DNA from: Deinococcus cellulosilyticus NBRC 106333 = KACC 11606
Lineage (GTDB): Bacteria; Deinococcota; Deinococci; Deinococcales; Deinococcaceae
NCBI RefSeq assembly: GCF_007990775.1
Contig: NZ_BJXB01000001.1
Location: 405,168 to 429,167, forward strand
Direction: 5' to 3'
DNA length: 24,000 bases
The notes below the pieces were generated by a model. That model had not been told where the DNA came from. It searched no databases and worked only from the letters and a program-made list of their open reading frames with translations. A program made the translations under genes and the position numbers. Shown piece after piece: positions 5,934 to 14,159 of the stretch; position 1 is the first letter of the stretch, and each line of letters begins with the position of its first letter.

Positions 5934-7664
5934 ATGATCAGACACCGTTATGCCATCACCCTTTTGCTGCTTGCCCTGCAACCCGCTTACGCCACCGGAA
6001 ACCTGTTGATTGTGGGTGGAGGCCTCAGGAACGACAACGCCCCCATCTACAACACCTTCATCGAAAAAGCAGGCGGCAAAGACCAGGCAAAAATCGTCAT
6101 TTTCCCCACCGCCTCCAGCAGCCTGAGTTCCAGCAAACGCTTCAAGGCAGACCTTGAAGCCCGGGGTCTGAAGCCAGAGAACGTGGTTGTTCTGGACCTC
6201 ACCACCAGGAATTTTGAGACCCAGAACAAAAACCCGGACCTTGTGGGCCAGATTGACGCTGCAACTGGCGTGTGGTTTGTCGGGGGAGACCAGGCCCGCA
6301 TTGCAAAAGCCCTGATCAACAAAGACGGGACCGACAGTCCAGCCCTGAGCGCTGTGAAAAAGCTCTACCTGAATCGGGATGGGGTCATTGGAGGGACCAG
6401 TGCAGGAGCCAGCATCCAGAGTGCCCTGATGCCTTCTTCTTTTGGGATTCCCATGGACACACTGGATTATGGAATCGCTCCCAGACTGGACATGCGCGGG
6501 GTCAACATCTCCAGAGGACTGGGCTTTTTCACGGCTGGCATTGTGGACCAGCATTTCAACACCTATGACGGCAGACATGCCCGCATGGCCCGCTACCTGA
6601 TCGAAACAAAAACACCTTACGGTTACGGCATCGAGGAGAACACCGCCATGCTGGTGGGTCCAGACGGCAAAATCAACGTGCTTGGTTTCAGTGGCGTCAC
6701 CCTCATGGACGCCAGCAAAGCCACCCTGAAAGACGCTGCTCTGGGCGTCACCATCAACAACATCGACCTGACCTACCTGCAGACTGGGGACAGTTATGAT
6801 CCAGCCACCAAAACGGTCACCATCAATGCAGCAAAATCCCTGATTGCTCCGGGCGACGAATACGGCAACGGCAACCGTCTGGTGACGGACCTGAGCCAGC
6901 CCAACGCCATCACGCAACTGATCACCTACGGACTGGTGGACAACACCGCAACACAGGCAAAGGGCCTCTTTCTGCGCTACAACGGCAATTACAGTTACGG
7001 ATATGAAGTGACGTTCAGCAAAACACCCGAAACCCAGGGTTTCTATGGCAGTGTGGCCGGAGTGGATGGCTACGCCTTCAAGCATGTTCGCATGGACCTT
7101 GAACCCATCACGGGCAACCGAATGGCACCCGAAGGTCCAGCAGACCTGAACCGCACGCAGTACCCGACCGAAGTCAGTGCAGTTGCCTTCCGGGGCATCC
7201 TCCCACCAGACCAGAATGGCAAATTCAATCCCAGACTGAAACTGACCCGTGGTGAACTGGCAGGTGCCCTCACCTACCTGACCCTTGCCACACCGGACAA
7301 ACCTGTGGACCTGACCGATGTGGCAAAGGACAATGCTTCCTGGGCTGATATTCAGTCGGCCATCAGCTTCAAATTCATGGCCCCTCAGGGCACGGAATTC
7401 ATGCCTGATGTCCCCGTCAGCCGCGCAGATTTCGCGCAGGCCCTGTTCGAGGCCTACGACCTGTACCAGCAGATGGGCTTGAAAGAAGCAGACCTGTCCG
7501 TCAGTGATGCCAGCAAAATCGCTGAAGGGCAACAGAAAGCAGTGGCTGCCGTGCTTGCTGCAGGCCTGATGATGGATAAAAATGGTCGCTTCGATCCCAA
7601 GGGTACCGTGAGCAGGGAAGAGGCTGCCTACAGCCTTTACCGTCTGGTGGGCTTTCAGTTCTGA
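5934..7664 (+). CDS. Secreted cyanophycinase-like peptidase (MEROPS S51) with three C-terminal SLH domains, 576 aa
   Basis: GGAGG 5 nt upstream. Signal peptide is MIRHRYAITLLLLALQPAYA|TG. S51 hallmarks are LLIVGGG, IVIFPTASS, WFVGGDQ, GGTSAGAS (nucleophile Ser) and VDQHF. Residues about 405-572 hold three SLH-like repeats (for example DASKIAEGQQKAVAAVLAAGLMMDKNGRFDPKGTVSREEAAYSLYRLV). Confidence 0.85.
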   Translation: MIRHRYAITLLLLALQPAYATGNLLIVGGGLRNDNAPIYNTFIEKAGGKDQAKIVIFPTASSSLSSSKRFKADLEARGLKPENVVVLDLTTRNFETQNKNPDLVGQIDAATGVWFVGGDQARIAKALINKDGTDSPALSAVKKLYLNRDGVIGGTSAGASIQSALMPSSFGIPMDTLDYGIAPRLDMRGVNISRGLGFFTAGIVDQHFNTYDGRHARMARYLIETKTPYGYGIEENTAMLVGPDGKINVLGFSGVTLMDASKATLKDAALGVTINNIDLTYLQTGDSYDPATKTVTINAAKSLIAPGDEYGNGNRLVTDLSQPNAITQLITYGLVDNTATQAKGLFLRYNGNYSYGYEVTFSKTPETQGFYGSVAGVDGYAFKHVRMDLEPITGNRMAPEGPADLNRTQYPTEVSAVAFRGILPPDQNGKFNPRLKLTRGELAGALTYLTLATPDKPVDLTDVAKDNASWADIQSAISFKFMAPQGTEFMPDVPVSRADFAQALFEAYDLYQQMGLKEADLSVSDASKIAEGQQKAVAAVLAAGLMMDKNGRFDPKGTVSREEAAYSLYRLVGFQF

Positions 7665-7678
7665 CCGAACATCAAAAA

Positions 7679-7703
7679 GGGCCAGAGGTTTAACCTCTGG
7701 CCC
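7679..7703. terminator. Bidirectional terminator between convergent genes
   Basis: GGGCCAGAGG-tttaa-CCTCTGGCCC, a 10-bp perfect stem, flanked by AAAAA upstream and TTCTTCT downstream. Confidence 0.8.
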
Positions 7704-7716
7704 TTCTTCTGAAAAT

Positions 7717-8337
7717 TCAGGCTTCTTCAACAGCTTCCAGCATGAAGTTCGGGGTGACCGTCCAGGACTGGTCCGGGTTCAGGGTCACGGTCATGGAATT
7801 CACGTTGGGAGGGAAGTTGATCTGCAGTGGGCTCAGGCTTTCGGTGACAATGACCTCTCCCTGCTGCATGGTGTTGCTGAACACCAGCCAGTAATCCGGA
7901 TGGGGGGTGAAGGTGTAGTGCATGTTGGGTCCGGCCTGCACCAGGAAAGTGGCTGCACCAGACATGCCAATTCCCACGGATGCCGCGCCTGCAGGAACAC
8001 TGCTGTCTGCCAGAACATTGAAGGCTCCAGGCTCACCTGCCTGGGTCTGGTTCTGGAAGAAAAAAGCATGGTTCTGCAGGTCATAAGACAGGGTGATCTG
8101 GTTCTGTTCAGGGGTCGCAGCGGTGATCTGACCAACCTCCACCGCCACACCAGGGGTTAGCACTCCTGTCTCTGACCACACAAAATCGTAATCCAGGGTC
8201 CAGTTGAACGTGACATTGGTCTGAGGATAGGCGTACTTTGTCAGCCAGGCCAGGGATTGCGTGTTGGGTTGCTGCTGGAAAATCACAAAGCTTCCGGCCT
8301 GCTGGCTGTTGTTGACAATGCGCAACTGGTAATTCAT
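7717..8337 (-). CDS. Hypothetical protein, 206 aa, no signal peptide, beta-rich composition
   Basis: Start moved to the ATG at 8337 (MNYQLRIVNNSQQAGSFVIFQQQP...) with GGAGGGG upstream. Monocistronic, bounded by terminators on both sides. Family not recognised. Confidence 0.75.
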   Translation of the reverse strand: MNYQLRIVNNSQQAGSFVIFQQQPNTQSLAWLTKYAYPQTNVTFNWTLDYDFVWSETGVLTPGVAVEVGQITAATPEQNQITLSYDLQNHAFFFQNQTQAGEPGAFNVLADSSVPAGAASVGIGMSGAATFLVQAGPNMHYTFTPHPDYWLVFSNTMQQGEVIVTESLSPLQINFPPNVNSMTVTLNPDQSWTVTPNFMLEAVEEA

Positions 8338-8483
8338 GTTTCTTCCCCTCCACATCAACGGTTTCAGACGGAAATGACCCGTCAGGTGATGTCATAGAGA
8401 CGCTTGATGTTCTTCCATGTTAGGCGTTTGCCCAGATGTCCAGTACAGGTAAAGTCCTTATAGACAGGAAGTTCAGCACCAAT

Positions 8484-8510
8484 AAAAGACCCCGGATCAA
8501 TGGTCCGGGG
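8484..8510 (-). terminator. Rho-independent terminator after the FAD/Rieske gene
   Basis: Minus-strand RNA reads CCCCGGA-ccauuga-UCCGGGG followed by UCUUUUAUU. Confidence 0.75.
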
Positions 8511-8526
8511 AGGGGTTCAGCGGTCT

Positions 8527-9987
8527 TTATTCCAGCTGCGGTTCTTTGATTTTCGCCAGAGGTGCTCTGGCAGGTCCGGTCAGCACCTCACCATCGCGGG
8601 TGAAGCGGGAGCCGTGACACGGGCAATCCCAGGTTTCCTCGGCAGAGTTCCAGGAGACCTCACAGCCCATGTGGGTGCACATGGCACTGCAAGCGTGCAG
8701 TTCGCCGTGCTCATCCCGGTAAACGGCATATTTGCTCATGCCCTTGCGCACAATGTTGCCCTGGCCGGGTTGCAGGTTCTGCACCATCTCTGCGCTTCTG
8801 AACCAGTCAAAGAGGTGCATGATGCTGCGCCCTGCCTCACTGACCCACTCCGTGTAATTGCCTCTGGGCATGCGGTTGGGGCTGTACACCTCTGCCCAGG
8901 GGTTTTCCACACCGAGCACCTGATCCCGGATGATCATGGACCCGATGGTGGCGTTGGTCAGGCCGTTTCCGGTGTCTCCGGTGATCACATACACATCCCC
9001 TGCCTTGCCCAGAAAGCCAATCCCATCTGCGGAATTGAACACCTGACCAGACCATGTGTCAACGCGTTCACTGACCGGGAAGTGGGCTCTGGTCCAGTCC
9101 TCAATGTCCTGCCAGCGTTGCTCGGGGTATTCCGGCTCACCCACCCGGTGGTCTGCACCGCCAATCAGGAGCACATCCCCATCTGGCCGCACATAGAAAT
9201 ACGGGTCGGAGGTGTCGTAGAACAGGGCAGGTTCAATCTGCCCGGTGAGCTTCATGGTCATGATGTAGGTGCGGTAGGGAGAATACCTGAAAGAGTATTT
9301 GCCCCGTTCACCCACAGGGGCGTTGCTGGCGACAACCACATGTCTGGCATGAACGGTGTGCCCCTGCTCAGTGACCACATGGTCTCCGGTGTAGGACATC
9401 ACCGGACTGGAACAGAAAATGGCCCCTCCACGGTTCTCAATGGCCCTTGCCAGACCGATGATGTACTTCAGGGGGTGGATCTGGCCCTGGTTGTTGTACC
9501 GGATGCTCTGTCCAAAGCCCGTGGCATAGGCAGGGGTGTCAGACAGTGTCGTGTCAAATCCCAGTCCTCTGTGCACAGAGGCTTCCTCCTGAATGTTGTC
9601 CTCGTCTCCAGGAGCAGGGACCAGATATCCAGGCAGGCGGATGAAACCACAATCGATGTTCTCGGCCCGTGTGATGCGTTCAATTTCATCGATGGCTGCA
9701 CTGTGGCTCTGGTAGATCAGTTTCGTGGTGTCGCGCCCGTGAATGGACACCAGTTCCTTGTAAAAGAAGTCCAGCGAGGAGGTCACCTGCGCACTGCTGC
9801 GAGGGGTCTCTCCAGATCCGATCTTGTCCCGTTCCAGCACCACCACTTTCAGGCCACTCAGGGCCAGTTGATACGCTGTGCTGAGGCCCGCAATGCCCCC
9901 TCCGATGACCACAGCATCGGCAATCAGGTCTCTGTCCAGAGCCGGATATTCCGGCAGGTCCATCATCCAGTGTGAGTAAGTTGGCAT
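8527..9987 (-). CDS. FAD-dependent oxidoreductase (DAO family) fused to a C-terminal Rieske [2Fe-2S] domain, 486 aa
   Basis: N-terminal dinucleotide-binding motif DAVVIGGGIAGLSTAYQLA. C-terminal Rieske ligands CTHMGC ... CPCHGS. Confidence 0.9.
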   Translation of the reverse strand: MPTYSHWMMDLPEYPALDRDLIADAVVIGGGIAGLSTAYQLALSGLKVVVLERDKIGSGETPRSSAQVTSSLDFFYKELVSIHGRDTTKLIYQSHSAAIDEIERITRAENIDCGFIRLPGYLVPAPGDEDNIQEEASVHRGLGFDTTLSDTPAYATGFGQSIRYNNQGQIHPLKYIIGLARAIENRGGAIFCSSPVMSYTGDHVVTEQGHTVHARHVVVASNAPVGERGKYSFRYSPYRTYIMTMKLTGQIEPALFYDTSDPYFYVRPDGDVLLIGGADHRVGEPEYPEQRWQDIEDWTRAHFPVSERVDTWSGQVFNSADGIGFLGKAGDVYVITGDTGNGLTNATIGSMIIRDQVLGVENPWAEVYSPNRMPRGNYTEWVSEAGRSIMHLFDWFRSAEMVQNLQPGQGNIVRKGMSKYAVYRDEHGELHACSAMCTHMGCEVSWNSAEETWDCPCHGSRFTRDGEVLTGPARAPLAKIKEPQLE

Positions 9988-10050
9988 GCTTACACCTTCG
10001 CAGTTGTGCGTTCAGCTTGCGGTCAGAACCTTTACAGTTCGATTGCAAGC

Positions 10051-11811
10051 TCAGACTGTTTGCTTGAGAATTCGGACTCCAGTGGAGGAAATGCGCACCG
10101 GGCCTTCAAGGCTTTCCTTGCTGATCAGGTCCGTCCAGCTTCCTGAAAGGTCATGCTGCAGGGGCGTCCCACGGGTCATCAGGATCAGGACCCGTTCATT
10201 TCCATAGCGTCGCTCAAAAACCAGGTGGTCCCCTTCGGCGTGCAAGATGCGGAAACTGCCTTCTCTGAGCGCAACTTCCTGGTGCCGCAACTGAATCCAG
10301 GTTCTGTACCACTGGTAAATCTCTGAATCCCACCGTGCCCTGTCATCCCAGGGCATGGTGCGGCGGTTGTCGGGGTCATCGGCCCCTTCCAGACCAATTT
10401 CATCTCCGTAATAGATGCACGGCACCCCGATGAACCCGAATAGCAAAGCCACCCCGAGTTTGCGTTTCGCCAGATCCGGGCAGACGGTGGCAAAGCGTTT
10501 CACATCGTGGGAGTCCAACAGGTTGAATGCGGCCAGTTGATGGTTGAAAGGCAGGTGGCTGAGAGGTCGGGTCAGGGCCTCTGCATATTCCCTGGCATCC
10601 AGCTTTGTGGGGTGGCCCTTGTGGTCCTGATCCGCCAGGAAAGACCAGGTGGGGCTCATGAACGCGAAGTAATTCATGGTGGCGTCTTCCACCCCGCCTT
10701 GCACCCACAATGTGGCATCTCCAAACTGTTCTCCGAGGATGTAGGTGTCTGGTTTTGTCTCTCTGGCCGCTTCCCACAGCTCAGCAAGGATCTGCTTGTT
10801 GTCTTTGTCGGTGCCTTCTGAGCCAATCATGGACGCCACATCCAGACGCCATGCATCAATGTTGTACGGTGCTTTCAGCCAGAAACGGATCACCGAATCG
10901 GGATTGGCATAGATCTGTCCGCGCACCTCATGATGGGCGTAATTCAGTTTGGGCAAGGTGGAAAAGCCCAGCCAGGAGAGGTAATCGTCTGGATTCTCTC
11001 CAGAATAGTTGTAATACTGCCGGAAGTTCTCACTCTGGTAGGCTCCGGGTTCTTCATAGCGGCCTGCTTTGTTCATCCAGCGGTGCCAGTCTCCGGTGTG
11101 GTTGAAGACCCCATCGAGCATCACCCGGATGTCCTGTTCATGCAGCTCATCCACCAGCTTTGCAAACCCCTCATTGCTGCCAAAGTGCGGGTCGATGCGG
11201 TGGTAATCCTGGGTGTCGTACTTGTGGGCAGAAGGGCTTTCAAAGATGGGGTTCAGGTACAGGGCATTGATGCCGAGCTCCTGAAAATAGGAAATGCTCT
11301 GCCGGATGCCTTCAAGGTTCCCACCGTAAAACTCCATGTAACCCGTCTCGGGTCTGGGTAGCTCATCCCATTCGCGGGTCTCCACCTCTTTGTCGGTGTA
11401 GCGGTACTGGCCTTTCTGGACCCGGATGCCGGGCTCACCGATCTTGAAGCGGTCTGGAAAAATCTGGTAGAAGATGCGGTTTCGCACCCAGACTGGCGGT
11501 TCCTTGCTGGAAAAACTGAAATCCTGCAGCACACTGGGCGCACTGGGACTCACTCCAGCCTGATTGAGCCACCAGACCCGCCCATTCACAATCACCTTGA
11601 AGCGGTAATGAAACTTCTGGTGGTGGGTGACGGGCATCTCTGCAACCCAGCGTCCGTCTCCGTAGGGTTTCAGTTCGGTGTAACTTGAGGCTCCATGCAG
11701 GTAGCCCACAGCCCAGCCTTGCTCAATTGCAGGCTCGGCTTCCAGAAAAACCCGGGCAATGTCCCCTTCCCGTTGCAGAAAAAATGGTGTTCCATCATGG
11801 TAAAGCTGCAT
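10051..11811 (-). CDS. GH13 alpha-amylase-family glycosidase (maltodextrin glucosidase / neopullulanase-like), 586 aa
   Basis: Start moved to the ATG at 11811 (MQLYHDG...) with AGGAGG upstream. GH13 conserved regions present: IFYQIFPDRF, DGVFNHTG, DAWRLDVA, LGEQFG, NLLDSHD. Confidence 0.9.
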   Translation of the reverse strand: MQLYHDGTPFFLQREGDIARVFLEAEPAIEQGWAVGYLHGASSYTELKPYGDGRWVAEMPVTHHQKFHYRFKVIVNGRVWWLNQAGVSPSAPSVLQDFSFSSKEPPVWVRNRIFYQIFPDRFKIGEPGIRVQKGQYRYTDKEVETREWDELPRPETGYMEFYGGNLEGIRQSISYFQELGINALYLNPIFESPSAHKYDTQDYHRIDPHFGSNEGFAKLVDELHEQDIRVMLDGVFNHTGDWHRWMNKAGRYEEPGAYQSENFRQYYNYSGENPDDYLSWLGFSTLPKLNYAHHEVRGQIYANPDSVIRFWLKAPYNIDAWRLDVASMIGSEGTDKDNKQILAELWEAARETKPDTYILGEQFGDATLWVQGGVEDATMNYFAFMSPTWSFLADQDHKGHPTKLDAREYAEALTRPLSHLPFNHQLAAFNLLDSHDVKRFATVCPDLAKRKLGVALLFGFIGVPCIYYGDEIGLEGADDPDNRRTMPWDDRARWDSEIYQWYRTWIQLRHQEVALREGSFRILHAEGDHLVFERRYGNERVLILMTRGTPLQHDLSGSWTDLISKESLEGPVRISSTGVRILKQTV

Positions 11812-11953
11812 CGTGCCTCCTTTTGAAAACAGAGTGAAAGCAGAATCTGGTTTCACTGTACCCAATGCCTGCACAAATCGGGCGCGGGATTCCACACAAA
11901 GCCTGAGCAGAAATCCGTGCGAACCAGGACATGAATGTGCATTGATAACAAAC

Positions 11954-11971
11954 AAACCGTCTGGACGGTTT
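11954..11971. promoter_or_regulatory. Palindrome AAACCGTC-tg-GACGGTTT (candidate TetR operator)
   Basis: 8-bp perfect arms, read directly. Ends 15 nt before the TetR ATG and abuts a -10-like TAAGAT (11972-11977). Confidence 0.5.
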
Positions 11972-11986
11972 TAAGATGGCCGCATC

Positions 11987-12523
11987 ATGCCCAGCAACGT
12001 TCAGCGCACCCAGACCACCAGAGCTGCCATCTTGCAGGCCGCTGCCGAACTGGTCCAGCGTCATGGAAGCCGGCACCTCACCCTGCTCAAAGTGGCCCGG
12101 CAGGCAGGGGTCAGCAAAGGGGCCCTCACCCACCACTACCCGAGCAAAGACCTCCTGCTCAATGATTTGATTCAGCACCACCTTACGGCTTTCAGCAGCA
12201 CACTCGAAAAGTCGGATTTGCCTTATGGGGTGGCCTACGTGAGACATGGCAACCATGACGGAACCCGGGGCCTGGCCCACGGCCTGATTGCTGCACTGGG
12301 AGCCCATCCAGCAGTGATGGAGACCATCAGGGAACATGCCAGCAACTGGCAACAGCACTTTCACTCGGTGGATGCCAACATCGCCCGACTGGCCACCGAC
12401 GGCCTCTGGCTGGCCGAGGTGCTGGGATTGCCCGTACCAGAGGGGCAAGACCGAGAGCAGTTGCTGGCACGCATGGAAGAACTGGCTTCTGGTCCCCAGG
12501 AGAAACCAGGAGAAACACCATGA
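11987..12523 (+). CDS. TetR/AcrR-family transcriptional regulator, 178 aa
   Basis: N-terminal TetR HTH (TRAAILQAAAELVQRHGSRHLTLLKVARQAGVSKGALTHHYPSKDLLL). Confidence 0.85.
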   Translation: MPSNVQRTQTTRAAILQAAAELVQRHGSRHLTLLKVARQAGVSKGALTHHYPSKDLLLNDLIQHHLTAFSSTLEKSDLPYGVAYVRHGNHDGTRGLAHGLIAALGAHPAVMETIREHASNWQQHFHSVDANIARLATDGLWLAEVLGLPVPEGQDREQLLARMEELASGPQEKPGETP

Positions 12524-12939
12524 AAAAAACGGAGTTGCTGACACAGATCAAACCCCATCTGCTGATCACCGACCTGGGTTTTCTGGTCTACTGGATGCTG
12601 ACTGCTGTCGGAGTGCTGTCCCCTGTCCCAGCAGATGCTTTGCACTCCAGTGACTTCCTCACCGCCTGGAACTGGTCGTTTCTGCCGCTGGATGTGCTGG
12701 CCTCCCTTCTGGGACTGCTCGCTGTCTTTCTGACTTCTCGTTTTGATGTGACCCCACTGGTGGTGGTCAGCCTGACCCTCACCCATGTGGCCGGACTGAA
12801 TGCCATCGCATTCTGGGCCATCCGGGGGGATTTCTCGCTGGAGTGGTGGCTGCCCAACCTTTACCTGATGCTTTTCCCTCTGTGGTTCCTGCCGCGCCTG
12901 ATCTGTTTGCAGACAAGACCCATCACGCCTGTCCTTTGA
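12520..12939 (+). CDS. Small four-TM membrane protein (tentatively DUF5360/YvaD-like), 139 aa
   Basis: ATGA start/stop overlap with the TetR gene. Hydrophobic segments with ITDLGFLVYW and WNWSFLPLD motifs. The family assignment is from memory only. Confidence 0.7.
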   Translation: MKKTELLTQIKPHLLITDLGFLVYWMLTAVGVLSPVPADALHSSDFLTAWNWSFLPLDVLASLLGLLAVFLTSRFDVTPLVVVSLTLTHVAGLNAIAFWAIRGDFSLEWWLPNLYLMLFPLWFLPRLICLQTRPITPVL

Positions 12940-12953
12940 TGTGCTGCAAGCAA

Positions 12954-13012
12954 AAGGCAGAAGCTCAGGCTTGATTTGCCTTCTTGCTTCTGCCTTCTTC
13001 TTTCTGCCTTTT
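12954..13012. terminator. Bidirectional terminator hairpin built from CCTTCTG-type heptamers
   Basis: AAGGCAGAAGC (12954-12964) pairs perfectly with GCTTCTGCCTT (12986-12996). The right arm is part of five phased heptamers, GCCTTCT TGCTTCT GCCTTCT TCTTTCT GCCTTTT (12978-13012), which are U-rich on the plus-strand RNA. Confidence 0.6.
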
Positions 13013-13205
13013 AATCAGGTGTCACATTGCTGGTGTGCCCGTTTTCGCCTTTGTCTCCAGGATTGTTGCCAGGGGCTCCCTGTTCTCCGGCACGGTCACC
13101 TTCAGCGGATTTGCCGCTGTCGTCCTGATGGAAGGTGTGAATGATTTCCCGCTGTTCCTGCTCCTGTTTTTTCATGGCTTCGCTCTTGGGTTCCTGATCA
13201 GGCAT
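13011..13205 (-). CDS. Small hydrophilic stress-type protein, 64 aa
   Basis: Start moved to the ATG at 13205, with AGGAG 6 nt upstream. Sequence MPDQEPKSEAMKKQEQEQREIIHTFHQDDSGKSAEGDRAGEQGAPGNNPGDKGENGH has no hydrophobic core. Lies 34 nt downstream of the DUF892 gene. Confidence 0.55.
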   Translation of the reverse strand: MPDQEPKSEAMKKQEQEQREIIHTFHQDDSGKSAEGDRAGEQGAPGNNPGDKGENGHTSNVTPD

Positions 13206-13239
13206 AAATGCTCCTTTCAATGAAATTCAATGTGATGTC

Positions 13240-13734
13240 TTACTCGTCTGCAGCTCTGGGGTTGATGACGCGCTCTGCAACCAGGGTCAGGCCCTTGTCG
13301 GCTTCATATTCCTCGTTGAGGTTGTCTTCAAGTTTGATGGCAGCATTGGTGTAACCCAGTTGCTGGGCCCAGGTGCGCAGGGTGCCATAAGTGGCGATTT
13401 CATAATGCTCGGTTTTCTGGGCGGCACCGATCAGGGCAGCGTCCAGCACAGAATCCTCAGCATCATCTTTTTGCTTGAGGATTTCCTCGGCTTCCTTGAT
13501 CAGGCCTTTCATGGCCTGACAGGTTTTGGCCTTGGGTTTTTCATCGAGTTCTTTAAAAACGGCTTCCAGGCGCTGTTTCTGTTTCTCGGTTTTCTTGATG
13601 TGGTCTTGAAACAGGGTCTTCAGCTTCTGGGATTTGGCGGCCTCAGCCATTTTGGGCAGGGCTTCAAGAAGTTGGGTTTCGGCGTCGTAGATGTCCTGCA
13701 ATTGTTCAACAAACAGATGCTCAAGATTGTGCAT
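13240..13734 (-). CDS. Ferritin-like DUF892 protein (YciE/YciF family), 164 aa
   Basis: Typical family N-terminus LFVEQLQDIYDAETQLLEALPKMAEAA and C-terminal QKTEHYEIATYGTL. GAAGGAGG SD upstream. Confidence 0.9.
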   Translation of the reverse strand: MHNLEHLFVEQLQDIYDAETQLLEALPKMAEAAKSQKLKTLFQDHIKKTEKQKQRLEAVFKELDEKPKAKTCQAMKGLIKEAEEILKQKDDAEDSVLDAALIGAAQKTEHYEIATYGTLRTWAQQLGYTNAAIKLEDNLNEEYEADKGLTLVAERVINPRAADE

Positions 13735-13898
13735 GATGATCCTCCTTCAGGAATCGTGGGATGAATGACACACGCATTTCTGCATGCCAGATTGATCTGC
13801 CTGGATTGACGGGCAATGGTGATCAACACCATCATCCTAGTGGAAAGCAGTGATGGTTCTGTGAAAGATATCCTGCTGAATGGGCATTTCAGCTTCAC

Positions 13899-13934
13899 CT
13901 GAAATTCATTTTTCGAAAATTCGATCAATTTCAG
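13899..13934. promoter_or_regulatory. Nested palindromes in the AT-rich divergent region
   Basis: CTGAAATT (13899-13906) and AATTTCAG (13927-13934) are perfect inverted repeats. They enclose the 10-bp palindrome TTTTCGAAAA (13910-13919). Confidence 0.4.
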
Positions 13935-14159
13935 AATAAAACTTAAGTGAAACTGAGGCCAATAAGCACAGCTCTTCTATACTGAATTCAAACTGAATTG
14001 CACATGCTAAAACCATGTAGCAAATCATACTGAAAAAGTGTACCATATTATGCTTTTGAATCTTCACTCTCTATCATAAATCAGGCGTATCCTGAGAAAG
14101 ACGTAGCGCTGATCCGCACCAGCTGTTGGCATTCAGAAAACACACATGGTCTGTTTTTG

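Noticed and set aside
5853-7730. 625-aa minus-strand ORF
   Set aside because: It is antisense to the S51-SLH peptidase gene, which has a signal peptide, catalytic motifs and an SD. Its translation shows no domain signature and it spans the bidirectional terminator.
8500-9975. 491-aa plus-strand ORF
   Set aside because: It is antisense to the FAD/Rieske gene, whose motifs (GGGIAG, CTHMGC, CPCHGS) are unambiguous. Its composition is atypical (H/G/V/R-rich).
11812-11955. Longer N-terminal extensions offered by the ORF track, for example GH13 from 11955, pdp from 19203, the secreted protein from 2390, SDR from 14146 and the thioredoxin-like gene from 3722
   Set aside because: In each case an internal ATG is preceded by a strong SD at proper spacing and gives the canonical family N-terminus or signal peptide. 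The extensions overlap upstream genes or regulatory DNA.
14048-14064. Possible radiation/desiccation response motif (RDRM-type 17-bp palindrome) in the AT-rich stress promoter region
   Set aside because: Only a TTATGC half-site-like string is present and the matching inverted half is missing, so I do not call an RDRM.
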